64,000 nucleotides of DNA, from positions 12,340,001 through 12,404,000 of the forward strand of contig NC_087438.1 of the NCBI RefSeq assembly GCF_036321535.1, read 5' to 3'. The notes under the pieces were generated by a model that did no database searches, was not told the origin of the DNA, and saw only the letters and a list, made by a program, of their open reading frames with translations. The position numbers and the translations under genes were made by a program. The first letter of the stretch is position 1. Each line of letters starts with the position of its first letter. Positions 1 through 14,303 of this stretch are shown piece after piece. Origin of the DNA: Camelus dromedarius. Taxonomy: Eukaryota.

Positions 1-1018
1 CCAAGCTTTTAGTAAAAACAGTTTTTTTTTTTTACAGCAATTACAAAAAGATAATCTTACTGAACTGAAATCCTAGACTACATCTGATATCATTTTAGTT
101 TTCAGTGACCTACTTACGGCATGGCATGATTTACAGTTGAGGTTTATTGCTTTAGCAAAATGATGCTTTGGTCGTTCACTTAAAAAGAAAAAAGTCTTCT
201 CAGTTTTATTCTCTAGTATGGAATGAAACCTTTAAACAGTCAAAATTGGCTTAAGGTTAAATCATCATTAAAACAGTTTTGTACGTTGGAGCTAAAATAG
301 ATGTGCTCCTTAATACTGAGGTATATAGAGCTTGCATTTCCCAAAAAGGGAAGGAAACTACATCCCCACAACCGCATGCAGGATGAGTAAATGGCACAGA
401 CACACACAAAGGCTAATTAAAAGTGGAACATTTAAGAAGCTTTGCATCTCAGGTGTTTTGTTAAAGTGTTAGCAGACAGTGAAACCCCTAAATTAGGAGG
501 CCCACCAAAGTGTGGGTCTTTGACGCAGGCTGTGAAAGATTTGTTCCTAGAGGCAAAATGAAAAGGCTGCTTTTATTTCTCAAAAGAGGAAAAGGAAGGA
601 AAGTGCTTGAGCAGGGCGAAGGAAAAAAAATTCGCTTGAGCAGGGAAAGGAAACGCTTGAGCCGGGATCCCTCAGACAAGCTGGCTGGTAGAGACAGCTC
701 CGGACGGGTCAGGCCACGTGGACTTTTACAGGAGGCTTCTGCCATCATGTCCTCCTTCTGGGTGTGGGTGGAGACAATCAGTCCTTGCATGTCTTCTCAG
801 CCCTTGTGTGGGTTTTTCCAGTTGTTGTCATGGCAATCGTCAACTGTCATGGCATTGGTGGGTGTGTCACTTAGCATGCTAATACATTGCAATGAGCACA
901 TAATGAGGCTGAAGGTCCACTGGAAGTCAAACTCTCCTCCATCTTGGACTCTGTGGGTTCTAAGCAGTTCTTATTTTGTTTCATTGGAACTGCCTCCTGA
1001 GACTTAGGTAAGAGTAAT

Positions 1019-1376
1019 TGTTTAGTTGAGGAAGGCACCAGGGTATGATCCTGGGGGCAACAGCTTGGTAACAAGAAGGAAAGTTGCTTCTAACCAGAAT
1101 GGCTGCAATCTGGTGGACCCCACATACTCCCCCAAAAAAATCTGCAAAGATTCTCTTCAGCCCTGAAAGTTCTAAAGGGAAATGAAGAATTATCACAGTC
1201 AATCGTTGAGATAGGTTGTCAGAGTCACTGTCATCCCCCAGTGCCTGCAGGCTTGTCTCATCAATGGCTTGAGCCTGCTCTTCAATGACTCAGGAAGGCC
1301 TGGGAGATCAGCTTTTCTATAAACAAGAGGCAGAAGTTGGGGGGGCGGTAGGCCCACAGGGTCCTGCTTGGTATTA
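1019..1376 (-). mobile_element. ERV1-type solo LTR (approximate bounds)
   Basis: The reverse strand begins ...ACCAAGCAGGACCCTGTGGG, resembling Laurasiatherian ERV1 LTR starts, followed by a GTTTATAGAAAAG TATA-like segment. No clear TSD. Confidence 0.5.
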
Positions 1377-2773
1377 AAAGTCCCCTTTCAATTTAGTCCT
1401 AAGTGAAATCAATTGTTTGCATTTGGTTGGCGACATACAACATTAACAGTAGTGGAAAAAGGAGTGATCTCTGGGCTGCCAGGAGGACTCCTGCGTGACC
1501 TCAAAGTCCCCAGCTCCCTCCAAGGGGAGACGAGCCACCCCAGATCCTGACCAGCTTTCCTCTTGCCCTCTCCCTCTAAATCACTTAAATCCTTTGTCTC
1601 CAACTACATTAGATCTATTCAGGGTTTCCCTTTTTAATGCCTCCACAATTTCTTAATATCTACAAAGAGTGGATTGATTCCCACCACGCCAGCAGGAAGC
1701 AGCAGGGTGTACAGACTGGACGGGCCCCAATCTGAGGAACAAGCCAACAAGGGGAATATTGTCTTTCTTTTCATTCTGTCTTTTATTTTTTTTAGAGCAT
1801 TTTTCTTTCTTATCCAGATTAGCCTGACCTCAGCACAAGGCAACCAGATATTACTTTTAACGGCAAACTTGAATGTCGCCTGGATTGCGTTGGTGGTTTT
1901 CCATGGATGTAATTCAATAATCCCAGTGGAGCGCCTTCCGTCCCTTGTTACTCTTATCCTGGTAGAAATACTTTGTTGGGGCTATTATGGTGTCTTTTAT
2001 TTTTAATCCAGCTGAAAATGGAAACATTCCAGAGCTTAGAAATATTAATGAGAAAATTCTTTGCTTTACATACATAGCAGAGTACCCTACTCACCATGGA
2101 CAAGAATAAAACTATTTTGCCCCAGTTTTACCTCAATAGAAACATTTTATCTGAAGCTTTTCAAGCTACGCTTTTAAGAAAGAATCATATGACACACACG
2201 TATACAAAATGGAAATGCCCTGGCAGATAAAATTAACATTCTCTTGTTGTACCTGCAGTGCAAACAGTTCTAAAAGGAGTTGCTAAATAATGTACACTCT
2301 CTGATGATCTAAATGCAGCTGTGCTCTTTCCTATTTTAAAAATCCTGAGAGTTAAAGCCTAATCTAATCCTTTCTTTGTCAGAGTTTCTGTCAAATGATC
2401 AGACCCTTGGAAATTTTTTCATTCCGGACTGATGGGTTGTCTTGAATCCAGCCGACATTATGAACAGGCTGTCTGTAAGTCTCTAAGGACCTTCTAGTGT
2501 TTGTTTATTAACAGATGGAAATGGACTTGCCGTCTTGCTCTTGTTCTAACTAAATAAACCTGTGTCAAGACCCAAATGGGCGCTTTAAACAGATGGATCT
2601 CTTCTTTCTAAAAGACATGACTTATTATTATCATTTACCTCTAGGCACAGTCCTGTCAGGATGATTTATGAGATGGTACAGTAATTGTAAGTGGGAATCA
2701 CCTGGAAAATGAGTCGGTCTTGTTCATTTCATGAAAACAAAAGAGAGAAAAGTTCCCCTTTCTTGCGGTCACC

Positions 2774-3176
2774 TGGTAAAAGCAGGATGGAATCCCACCC
2801 AAAATGCGGTTTCGATGTGGGGGCTGATGATACCACACAAGCAGCAAGAGGGTGTGGAAGGTTTTATCACTCACATAGTGAGGCTTTCTGGGGAGAGCAG
2901 GGCAGGCTCCCAAGTGGGTACAAAATTGGCTTCAGAGAGCAGGGAAAGGAGACCAGCGTGGCTTTTCACTATATTAGGAGGTAGCAGAGGTGAGGATTTC
3001 CACCTGTGTCCCAGAGCTTGTTCGGTTTGAACCTCCCACTGGTGTCAGAGAGGGGAGCACCTGGCCTTTCCTATCAGCTGGCCAAGATGGGGAGGGGGCA
3101 GACGCAGAAGGGGGAGTGGTGATGCTTGAGACCCGTCAGGAGTCAAACGTCAAATGAGGTGAGAGTCCATATTTCA
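2774..3176 (-). mobile_element. Ancient ERVL-type LTR (MER54/MER74-like)
   Basis: The block GGCTTTCTGGGGAGAGCAGGGCAGGCTCCCAAG...GAGAGCAGGGAAAGGAGAC resembles recalled eutherian ERVL LTRs. Subfamily uncertain. Confidence 0.5.
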
Positions 3177-4777
3177 GGTCCCTTTACACTGAAGACCGAA
3201 GGCAATATCAAAAAAAGAAAGGTAAATATTTTTAGACTAAAACCAAATGCGGCTTGAGACGTGAAGGTTTTGGGGTATTCTTTGGAAACCTTCTGAAATT
3301 CTGCTATGTATTTCCTTTTGGGGCTTTTGGGGGCAAAACAATGTCCACAGTCAGCCAGTCCTCTTTGTTTCTGATAAAAACGTTTGGATACAAAGTCATA
3401 AAATGTCCAGATTATTCCTGAAGACACTTAAAAATGGCCCCATTCAAGCCAATCAACTCTTACTGTCGGTAGGTTATTTTCCACTTTCTAACCTAAACCC
3501 TTTGCACACGAGGTCAAGGTTCTCCACAGAACCCTTGATGGATTTCTGGGCGATCAGAAGGTTAAAGAACATTAGGAATTGTTTAGGATCATCTCACCCA
3601 TTATTCAGATTGGGAATCTTAAGGCCTGGAGGTGTCTGGTGTGTTAGCCGAGATCACACAAACTAGAATCCAAGCCCGGAGGCTTGTCTAATGCACTTCA
3701 CCTAATTTAGCCCAGAAGCTTGGTTATCTTATATTGTCCTAGGCTTTTCATTACAACACTTTCTCTGCAGAGTGGCGTTAAGGGTCTCGTTTGTTTGTTT
3801 GTTTGTTTAGTTAGTACACTTTGTATGTTGTATGTTGTTTTCCCATAATCTTCTAAGTCTGAATATACTGCAGCGTTTTTAGATGAATTCTAAAACAGAG
3901 GCCCTGTATCTTATTACACTGGAAATGTTTAATTATATCTCAGCATTGGGTAAGATACCAACCACAGGTCTTCCCTATAACCTACATTCTAGGATTTTTT
4001 AAAAAGAAAATTAATTTAAATTTAAATTTAAAGATGGTTTTAGATATACATGGAAGTTTTGAAGCTAGTACCGTGAATTTACAAATCCTGCTTGCTCACT
4101 CTGCCTTATTGATAACGTCTTACATTAGTAATGGTACATTTGTCAAAATTAATCAACCAATATTGATCGGTATTCATCCTTTATTCACATTTCCTTAGCT
4201 CTTTACTTAATATTACTTTTCTGTTCCAGGATCCCATCCAGGACACCACATTTTGTCTAGTTTTGTCTCCTTAGGCTCCTCTTGGCTGTGACAGTTTCTC
4301 CGACTTTCCTTATTCTGTTTTGACATCCTTGACAGACTCAAGGAGAACTGGTCAAGTATTTTGTAGAACGTCCCTCAGTTGGGATCCATCTGATGTTTTT
4401 TTTCATGATTTGAATGGAGTTCTGAGTTCCTGGCGGGGAGGGAGAACGTGCCATTCTCAGCACACGGCATCATGGGTACATACTGTCAGTATGAGTTCTG
4501 GCTCTTGAGTTTAACCTCATCACCAGGCTGAGGTGGTGACTGTCAGATTACCGGCTCTGCAGGAGATTCTACACACCTATAGGTGGCAAGACAGGAAGGA
4601 CAGAGGGGTTTTTATGTATGATTTCTACACCAAAAAGTGACTCCATTTCATATTACACTCTGGCAGAAAGTTTTTATGAGTCACCTAAACTTAATGGATA
4701 GTTATGTTCCTCCACTACCTAAGGGTGGAACAGGTACATAAATTATTCAGATTTTTGCATGAGAGATTTGTCTACTA

Positions 4778-4787
4778 TTATCTATCA

Positions 4788-4845
<58 letters not shown>

Positions 4846-4846
4846 A
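4778..4846. repeat. Compound microsatellite (TCTG)n(TCTA)n
   Basis: Directly visible. Confidence 0.95.
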
Positions 4847-5270
4847 TATATAAGAGTATGTACTCCTGAATATTTATTTACTAATTTGGATTATAATCCA
4901 ATGCTACTTTATTTTGTTATTTAAATTGCTTCAGCTTTGTCCTTTGAGACTTGCAATGGCAACTGTCCTTTTGACACACCCCTTCCACATCCTTTTCACA
5001 GCACTTCCTATTTCCTGGCGCTGTAAGAATACACTCCACTTTCATATTGTGCAGTCCCTACGTCAGCGCTACAATCAGCCATTTCTCTAAGGGGCATACT
5101 TTCTTTTAGTGAAGAATTCTCTTTTTAACCTTGGTTCTGGAAACCAAGATCTGGGTGTAAGGCGTGCTTGTTATACTAGGCTTCCTTTGCTTCTAGGTGG
5201 TCCTTTCAGCCAACAGAGCAAGGAAATACCTGTGCATATTTGAACCCTTGTATATACATACATCTATAAA

Positions 5271-5274
<4 letters not shown>

Positions 5275-5313
<39 letters not shown>
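5275..5313. repeat. (TA)n microsatellite
   Basis: Directly visible. Confidence 0.95.
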
Positions 5314-5315
<2 letters not shown>

Positions 5316-5646
5316 GTCTTTATATTAAGCTAAAAATGTGTTCATACTGATGTCTCCAACTAATCCAGAACCTCATGGGTTATTCCAGCCTCCTTCCCTT
5401 GTTTATCTGTAACCTCCCACTCCAGCAGAGAGGAACCTGGCTCCCACCACCTGCCACCCATTCATTCAATTGTTCAATTCCAGTTATACATGTACAGTGG
5501 TTTCAGAATTTTAATCTGGTTTGGAGATATTTCTCAACTTTATCTTTCAACCCATCTCCTGAGTATTTCCCCCCCAATCATCTTTTTTATTTCCAACATC
5601 TATTTTTCTTTCTCTAATGACTCCATCTTTTTTAATGGATTAATAG

Positions 5647-6135
5647 TGTTATCAAGTCCAAGCTTGTACCGGTTGCTGCAGGACAAGCTGATAAATCGAC
5701 AGATGAGTTGTTGCGACTTGATTTGGAAAGCCAGCAGACTGAGAAGATGGTGGACTGGAGTCCTAAAGAACCACTTTACTTGGGTTAGAATTCAGGTTTC
5801 TTTTACGCTAAAAGGGGAGGAGGTATGGCTGGTTGTTGCAAACTTCGTGGTGCCAGAATCCTTTGTTCTTGCAGCTGTCCATGTAAGTCTGGTCACAATG
5901 GTCCTATAAGCCTCCAACAAGGCAAATGTTATTCTCTGTTCTGCAGCTTTTTATCTCTACATGAATGAGAAGATGTTATACCTTTAAACTTCAAAGTCTT
6001 GAGAACGGGCTATCGTGTATATTTCGGGCTGTAGGTTCTTTTACAGGGGTGCAGAGCCAGCAGGACTGAGCACAGGCCACGGCGCACAAGGGTTAGAGAT
6101 TTAATATGGCATCAGGTTTGTTCTTCTCTGTTACA
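5647..6135 (-). mobile_element. ERV1-type solo LTR, family A copy 1
   Basis: TG...CA termini with ATAG/AGAG flanks (4-bp TSD, 1 mismatch). Its reverse complement is homologous along its length to 12782-13282 and 15894-16402. Confidence 0.9.
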
Positions 6136-8564
6136 AGAGCTTCTCTTCTCTTCCTAAGGATATTAACTGCAGTTGACAAAATTCATTCTGTTCTCAGGAT
6201 TGCCTCTGTTTCTTCTTTGGTTTTTGTTTGTTTGTTTGTTTGTTGATATTGGCTTTTGTCTTTTGTCTTGGAGGCTTTCTTCAAATATCTGATGACCTTT
6301 GGTTATTTAAATATGTCCAATTGTGAGGCACAATGATTTAGAAATTATTAAAGCGCCTAAATAAAACAGGATGTAAATAATTTCCTGTGCTAACCTACTG
6401 ATCTTAGGTTAGGTTAGTAGGTTGTACTTGGTTGTACATTGATTGTACTTATGAAAAGAAACAATGATATTTTTATTCATGAGATGTTCATCTATTGGTG
6501 ACCAAAAGATATTTTCTAAGTTGTAATTTAGAACTAAGGACAGAGGCTTATTTTTAAGATGCAAAATACCCTGGAGATTATAATGCTTACTACTTTTACA
6601 CACTAAATAGCTAGCTAGGTGAAGACAGAGGGAGGCACCAAGCAAGCTGATTGGCAGCTGTGTGTCCTGGAGTAGGACTCATTGACTGTGGTGGGCATCT
6701 TCAAGGTGGAGAAGGTGGAGAATTTTCATTGGCCGTCCCCCAGAGGAGAGCCACCACCTTATGGTGACAAATGCATTTTACCCAATGAGCCAGTAAACAC
6801 ACACAAGTACCAATTTCCCTACCCAAGTTTCATGAAAAAAATTATTTAGATTTACTGAGTGCAAAAATACTCTGAAGTTTTCCATTTTAAAAAGGTCATG
6901 ACTCACTAAATTGAATCCACAGTCCATTAATGATTCAAGACCAAAACTTGAAAAAATTTAGTTTTGAAGGCCTCTGTGAATTGGCCTGTGTCTCTTCATT
7001 TTGTTTTTTTTTTTAAACCACTCCCTGTCAAATAGCCTTGTCATATCCAAGCTGCTTAAAATTCCCGAAAGAGCTGTGATTTCCCTTGCTTCCATATTTC
7101 GCACATGCTCTTCCTTTGCCTGATAAGTCCTCCTCATTTCTTTGCTGGCTAACTTTTTCATGTTCCCAACATTCAGCACAGGCATTATTCATCTTGGAAG
7201 TCTTTCTTGATCTTTTCTTCTTTCCTATATCCCACCTATCCCTGAGCAAAGGGAGTTTTAGCTTATTCCTTCGTTTTTCCTTGTTTCCATAGCAATGAAT
7301 ACATATGCTATTATCATATCATATAATACACATATACATACTCATACAGGCTAATACATTGATTTTTATATCTGTGTCTCTTCTGAGGCTATATATTCAG
7401 GCCAGGGTCTGAGTTTTATACTTTGTCCTTCTTTATTCTTGGGCTTCTGATCAGACAGGGACTCAGATGAGATTTAGAGGCTGGTGTATACCTTCTACCT
7501 TCATGGACAAGACTTCTGATATGCTTTGTTGGGGCATGCAAGGTGGGCAAGCTCCACCTTGACTTAAGAAATTATTCAGCAAGCCCTACTATCCCTACCC
7601 TACATCTGCATAAACACAGTCCCCTGAGTCTGGACCTTAGATCCATCTGGAGCAATGCTGATTCCACAGCAGTCAGTAGCTGCCTCACATCACACTCTGT
7701 ACAGGAGAGAGTGAGCTGTGCGCATGGACTTCCAGGTCTGTTTCCAGAAACACGGCCTGCAGTCCTGCTGCTCTGAGCCAGGTGTCCCCCAACGTGGGAA
7801 CAGGCCTGGAGAGAGGACTCTGAACTTCATCTGGATAAAGCACAAGAAAGAGACAGAGAAAGGGCATAGAGGCATTTCTCCATGCTGTTCATCCTGGGTG
7901 TTTATCACAACTCTCCTTCCCCTTTAGAGACCTGAGACTCGGGGTATTCAGTATCTCATTCTTCTATCTGTTCCTTAGCATTTAGTGAAATAGCCATTGG
8001 GGTGAGCTGGAAATTCAGCATTTATGATTGGAAGCAGAGGTATGGATAATAACGATGGGGTCAAAGACTAGAATTCATCATGACAGAACTACTATACTTG
8101 GGTCAGGAGAAGGGGGAAGAAAAGAAGACAAAGAAAACTAGAGTATGGTATCTTGGTGACTGGTGGATTCGAGTGGTTGCCGGTCTCACTCAGTATCTTA
8201 ACTGGAATGGAGATGAAAACTTCTTTAATAAAGAAGAAATTGAGCAATTGTGAGACCTATGTATTAGGAATATCTGTAGCATAAGCATTAATATTGGAAA
8301 AGATGATGGTAGAGGATTGAATGAACAGTGAGATAAGTCATGCTGAAATAATTTGAGGGAACAACAGAATGTTCTGGAAGCTCACAGATGACTAGATAGG
8401 AAGGACAGAGTATGTTAAAGATAAGTACTCCTTTATTATATATATATATTTATTTAGTATTACTTTTGTAGTTAATAAATGGCTTTGTTGTTGTTGTTAT
8501 TCTGAAATAAAAGCTTATTCATTAGGGACAGCAATGCATTTTGGCTGAAAATAGGAGTCATGTT

Positions 8565-8990
8565 TTAGAAAGGATAATGCTAGCTTCCATAACAAACCCA
8601 AAGATGTGCAGTAGCAATCATGACGTATTTATTTCCTGATTGGTGGATGGCTGTCCTCCAAAGATAATTCAGGGATCTAGATTCCTTACATCTTGTGACT
8701 GTGCTTTCTTTATCATGTGGCTTCCAAGGTCTGTCTGTTTAGTTCCATCAGGCTTGCAGACTGGAAAGGAGCAGGAGGAGACGGTGCACTGCTTCTTACC
8801 AACTTGAGCAGGAAGAGATGTGTATTATTTCTGCCCACACTCCATTGGTGAGCACTGGTTGTACAGCTTCACCTAGATTCAAGGGAGGTGGGGAATCTAG
8901 TCCCTGGAGGCCAACTACTGCCCAGTGACAAAGTTACACAATGAGGGGAAGCCCCGGTTTGGGCAGATAATTAGCCATCTTTCCAAAGAT
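8565..8990 (-). mobile_element. Old MaLR LTR (MLT1J/K-like)
   Basis: Motifs ATTCAGGGATCTAGATTCCTTACATCTTGTG, TTCTGCCCACACTCCATTGG and CAAGGGAGGTGGGGAATCTAGTCC. Confidence 0.65.
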
Positions 8991-9129
8991 GGATATTTGA
9001 GGTCGTATGTATGTACCCATAATTTGTCAAAAAAACTTTCAATAATTATTAAATTACATTAATACTTAATGAATTATAATTAAGTAAAATTAAGTAAAGT
9101 ATAATTAAGTAAAATTAAATAAAATAATT

Positions 9130-9378
9130 AAAACTTTCAACAATTTTTGATTGATCAAGCAACAAAAATAATTAGTAAAGATATAAAGAATTGAGAACCC
9201 AATTAACAAGCTTGATTTAAGGGAGATGAATAGACCCTATGGGTACAGAAAGAACTAGAAACCACCCATCCCTAATCACTCAGAGAAGAGTTACAAGCAG
9301 TGTTCATTTTCTAGGTCAAAAAGCAAATTTTAATACATTTTGCAACACTGGTATCATACCACCCACATTCTCTGATTT
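9130..9378 (+). mobile_element. Decayed L1 ORF2 endonuclease-region fragment
   Basis: ATTAGTAAAGATATAAAGAATTG...AATTAACAAGCTTGAT...CACATTCTCTGAT resembles old L1 ORF2 5' sequence. Confidence 0.55.
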
Positions 9379-10694
9379 TAAAGATAAGCATTACACTTTG
9401 GGCTCTGCTCTGCTCATTCAAACAGGAGGGTTCTCACTTGAAAACAAAGCGCCAATAATCCTGTTGCCAACTGCCGGAAACACAGGTTGCCATCTTTGCA
9501 AATAAAATGCTTTTAAAAGCAGCATTTTTTCATATTCCAGAGATAACTTGCACATGGCGGTTATTGACATACTTATATTTTGCTCACAGGTTTTAAACAT
9601 CACCTGCCCCTTCTCTTGCTTCGTCTTACCCTTTGAACTTGCAGGCCTAAAGCATTTTTCACTTAACCCTTGTGATGGTTTTTGATGACTTCGAAATTGA
9701 ATGTTGCTTATGAGGTCATTGGATTTGTAAACTTTGTCCTAGTTAGATTTAGGCAGCAAATTGTGGGACGTAAGTGGAGCTTTGGGAACATTTAAAATAA
9801 ATGTCAAGTTTATTACTGTTCCATTAACTCTTACCAGAAATGACAATGTTTATTCATTTCAGTATAAGGCCAGAAGTTATTTTCTTTTATATTGAGTAAA
9901 TAGCATCCCTCATTCAACTGTGAAATATGACAAAGAAGGAAAGCGCTTAGCTAAAAGAAAACCGTGAGGAGTTACGGTTATTTCGTAGCTAGAAATGTCC
10001 CCCATGTTATTTATTTTCTAACATAAATTCCTCAGTGTGCACAAACCTCTTAGCAAACCCTGAGCCCCAATCCCTAATGCATAGATCCTCAAAGGAAAGA
10101 GTGAAAAAAACAGCATCCTGTCATGAGAATCTTGACTTCAGGTGGAGTGAGGAAGGACTGTGAATGACTACACTTCTGTGCGAGGGAGAAGGATATCAAG
10201 GATAACGTCCCCCTCTGTTTTATGCGTGAAGATTATGAGACCTAGGGAGATGGAGGGGCCCCTGGATACTTCAGTTCGGACACTGGCAACAAAAAGAAAA
10301 GGAAGAGAATTGTCTTCACACTAGACTGCACCCTTTGGATGTAACAAACACACACCAGAGGGCGAAGGAAGACAGCTGGCAACATGACAGGGAAGAGCCT
10401 GGAAGAGGATTACACAGATGTGCTCACAGACACAGTTTCCCTGTGTCCTTATTTCAGGAAATATGGGTATGCACAATCATTCACTTATGCATTCATATCA
10501 TTCAACAAATATTATTAAGCTCCTACTATGCGCTACACCTGTAAATACCTGTCTTCAGGGAGTTTATCTTCTAATGGGACCATTCTTCCCCATTTTCAGT
10601 GCTTCCCGTGATAAATTTACAGAAACCTGCAACTGAGATGGGGTACTTAATAAGATCCACCCAAAAAGTACAGATTGATTACTTTTAAAAGTCA

Positions 10695-11075
10695 CCTGTC
10701 CCACTACACATCCACCACAGGGACTAAAATTTAAAATATGGGCAATACTAGAGGTTGGAGTAAGAATATGGAGCAACCGGAACTCACGTACATTATTGAA
10801 GGAATGTAAAATGGTACAAGCACTTTGGGAGAAGATCTGACAGTTTCTTGCACACCAAGCCCACATCTACCTTAGAAACCGAAATTCCAAGCCTAGATAT
10901 TAACCCAGGAGAAATGAAAATATATGTATATAAAAATTTATAGAAGTATATTCACAGAATATCTATTCATAATAACTGAAAACTTGAGGGAGTCTAGGCA
11001 TTCATCCACAGGAGGATAAACAAGCTGTGATGTAGTCATGCAGTGGATACTACTCAGCAATGAAAAAAAAAACGA
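10695..11075 (+). mobile_element. Old L1 ORF2 end / 3' UTR fragment
   Basis: GGAGCAACCGGAACTCAC...GAATGTAAAATGGTACAAGCACTTTGG...CCCAGGAGAAATGAAAATATATG...ATACTACTCAGCAATGAAAA. Confidence 0.8.
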
Positions 11076-12781
11076 CTTCAGTACTAAATATCATCTAAGA
11101 CGATAATCAATGAGGAAGATAAATGAAGGATAATTACTTTCAGGGGAAACTTTTTAAAAAATAAACATGTCATCAAGAAAAGACACATCAAGAAGGAGAA
11201 GACTTCCAGACTGGTCCTGGGCTGGGGTCCACTAGTTAGTTGTTGATCTGAAGCAGGTCTCTTGCTTGGTGTCCCGGTCCCTATTGATCGGCTGGGCTCC
11301 AACTTTGGGACCTTGGTATTGAATGCTGCAGAAATTACAAAACTTCAGTTTGGACAAATGAGGCCAATAGTGCATGCTAGCTGACTCCTGAGAGCATTGC
11401 CAAAACGGTAAGAAGACATGATTCAGATGATGGATGGCTCAGGACGAGGGCGAACTCTGGAGAGCTGATGTTGGTTTACTTGTTTCCACTTCAGCCAAGA
11501 GAACAGGCTTTGCAAGGATTCTAACTTCACCCTTTCCCAGACAAGACTATTCTACCTTTAGTTCCATTTTTAAAGGTCCTTCTGATGAACTTTTCTTATG
11601 CTTAAAGGCATTGACAGGGCTGTGGTATTTTTGAACATTTGTGCTGCATCAAAAGTATGGTAATTTATCCATTAGGCTGAATGGGAGAAAAAGGAAGAAT
11701 TTGAAGAGCTTGCAGGGAGCCTGTAGTGTCAATTTTGGATCCAATTAGATCTGATCCTTCAAGACTGGGAGCCGAATTGAGTAAATGTAATTGAAGCTTA
11801 AAAATATAAAACTATTTTCTGTCTCAACTTCCAATCACAGTCAATGAAGTCATGTCTTCCTTCACCTTCCTCCTTACCTCCTGCCAAGCCAGCCTGTCTT
11901 TCTCAGCCATTTGGTGCTATTACTTTCCCTTCCTCGGTCTTTGATTCCAAAAGCATCCTTATTTGTCTGGAGTACATGGTAACACCTAAAAGGAATAGAG
12001 TGATCAAAAAGTTCCCTCCTCATCCTAACTTATGGAGGCTAGGAATTTGAGAAAGAAAAGTGAAAAGGAAATGGGCCAAGTTTAGAGCCAGTTGCTGTGG
12101 GAATAGTTCTCATAAATATTGGGTTAATGATAACTTTAAGGAGTTTATAGGACCTCTCTTCCAGTGTGATTGAGACAGCCACATGAGAGCAAAGGCTGTT
12201 CATTTAGTTGGAGAAGCAGATTAAGGCAAGGAATCACTTTAAAAAGTGATGCAATTTCTTCGATTTAAAACATAACCAGCTACAATCTTGCCAGTTTTTG
12301 ATGGAGGGCTGAAGAGTTGTTTGTTTTTGAGTTTGGGTCTACTGATTGAGTACAGTGTCATCTTTCTTGGGTAAATAATATTCCCTGATATACTATCTAT
12401 GAGTTCTAACTTCAGTTTCCAGATAGTGGAGGGAGAATTTAAGGATGTCTGTGAGACAATCAAAGCACATAATCCTAGATTTGGAGGGTGCCCCTCCCCC
12501 ACCCACTATCAGTCATTTATGCTTATTTTACCCATATTTGCTTTGACAACAATTGTTATTTTCTCACTTTTATTTTATCTTTGCACAGTATTCAACTGTG
12601 TTTTCATACAGAAAGTAATCTTTCTTTTCACATTCACATTTTGTTGGTTTTCATAGTAGTTATCTGATTCGATTAAAATCTTTGTTAACAAGTTCAATTC
12701 TGATAAAAAAGACTTGGGAACAAACATAGTTAATGTTGATACACACAGCTAGCTGGTTGCATCTGAAAGTTGTGGCTGTGC

Positions 12782-13282
12782 TGTAGTGGGGAAGGACAAA
12801 TCCGACTCCGTATTAGCTCTGTTCCTTTGGCTTTAACCCTGTGCTCTGTCTCCAGTGCTTAGTCATGCTGGTTCGGCACCTTTTATAAAAGAATATTACC
12901 TGTAGCCTAGAATATATAGGATAGTCCATTCTCAAGGCTCTGACCTTTCAGGGTATAACACTTTCCCGTTCGTATAAAGATTAAAATGTTGCAGAATAGA
13001 AAGTAACGTTTGTTTTGTTGGGGGTTTACAGGGACATCATGACCTGACCTACGTGAACAGCTGTGAAAACAAAGGATTCTGACACCAAGAAGCTTGCAAC
13101 GACCAACCACACCCTCTCTCCTTTTAGTATTCTGACTGGGGAAGATGGTTCTCTAGGACATTAGTCCCCATCCTCTGTCTGTTGGCTTTTCAAATAAAGT
13201 TGTTATTCCTTGCCCCAACACCTCGTCTCTTGATTTACTGGGCTGTTGTGCAGCAAGCAGAATGAGTTTGGACTCAGCAACA
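12782..13282 (+). mobile_element. ERV1-type solo LTR, family A copy 2
   Basis: TG...CA termini, GTGC/GTAC flanks, AATAAA near 13193. Homologous to copies 1 and 3. Confidence 0.9.
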
Positions 13283-13363
13283 GTACCAGAGGGGAGCCGG
13301 CTAGTTCCGAGCTTTCAGCATTTTGTGGGTCCTAGTCACTGCTTCACATATGGGTTTGAGAGT

Positions 13364-13406
13364 GTTGGTTAACCCAGTGAGTTGGTTAACCCAATGAGTT
13401 GGTTAA
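13364..13406. repeat. 17-bp tandem repeat x2.5 (GTTGGTTAACCCARTGA)
   Basis: Directly visible. Confidence 0.9.
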
Positions 13407-14303
13407 GTGGAGGTCCACAGGAAAATTCTACTCTACTATATGGGCTTTCAGAGCTGACTGTCGTTCCAGACGTGAAAAGTGGAGGCACTGGACTATCATT
13501 ACAACATAGAGATGGCTGGTTTATATGACTTGAGGTACTCTGGTAAAAATGCCTTAGGTGCCATATTTCTACCTCAATGATATAAATAAACTGCATGAAA
13601 TTCCACTATTGAGTTCATGTGATTTCAGACTGAGCATTGCCTTCTACAGGCATTCTCTTTGAAACTAATGTATATTTTTAACTGTTAGCACCTAGCTTTT
13701 TCATTAATGTCTTCTTTGAATTAGTTTATTGAATCAGTTTCACTGCCAGGAAGGACCTTGGGAAGAGTAAAGGCATCAAGGAAAAGAAGGAGTACAGAAA
13801 AAGTATTTTCTAAAGACAATCCTATTCTCTACTCCATGAACCTACCAAAAGCTGAACCTGAATGGGACCAGTTTAGTGAAAAATTAGAGCATCTGAGAAG
13901 TTTTGAGCATCTACCATTTTCCAGCTCCATGCTAGCTTCTGGGAATACAATGTGGGTGCTGAGTGGTAAACTCTGTGATAAATATTTTTTAGCACACTAC
14001 TGGCCCAGAGTTTTAGGATAGGCATACATGTAACTATCATAAGTTTTATAGCAGAGGAGCTTACACAGTGTTTGACAGAAGTAAGAATGGAGCAACTAAT
14101 TTTGGTAGACAGACTTGTGAAAGGCATCCAGGAGGAGTTCAAACTTGATCTGGGTCTTGGAGGTGGAGTATGAGTTTGTCAGACCAGGAAGATGGGGAAG
14201 GGCACCCCAGGCAGAAGGAGAGACATGGAGCATGGACCAACCAGCTAACTGACGTGTCATGTTTGAGCAATTGTCTGGTTATAGGATGAGCAGGGCATGA
14301 AGT

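Larger units (their letters stand above)
4010..5640 (-). mobile_element. Old L1 3' UTR (L1MC/L1MD-like)
   Basis: Diagnostic blocks TTCTGTTCCAGGATCCCATCCAGGA, CTCCTTAGGCTCCTCTTGGCTGTGACAGTTTCTC and GGAACCTGGCTCCCACCA. Confidence 0.8.

Noticed and set aside
510..1007. 165-aa ORF and the overlapping minus-strand ORFs
   Set aside because: GTG start, low-complexity K/R content from a purine-rich tract with short GCTTGAGC(A/C)GGG repeats, and no recognisable domain.
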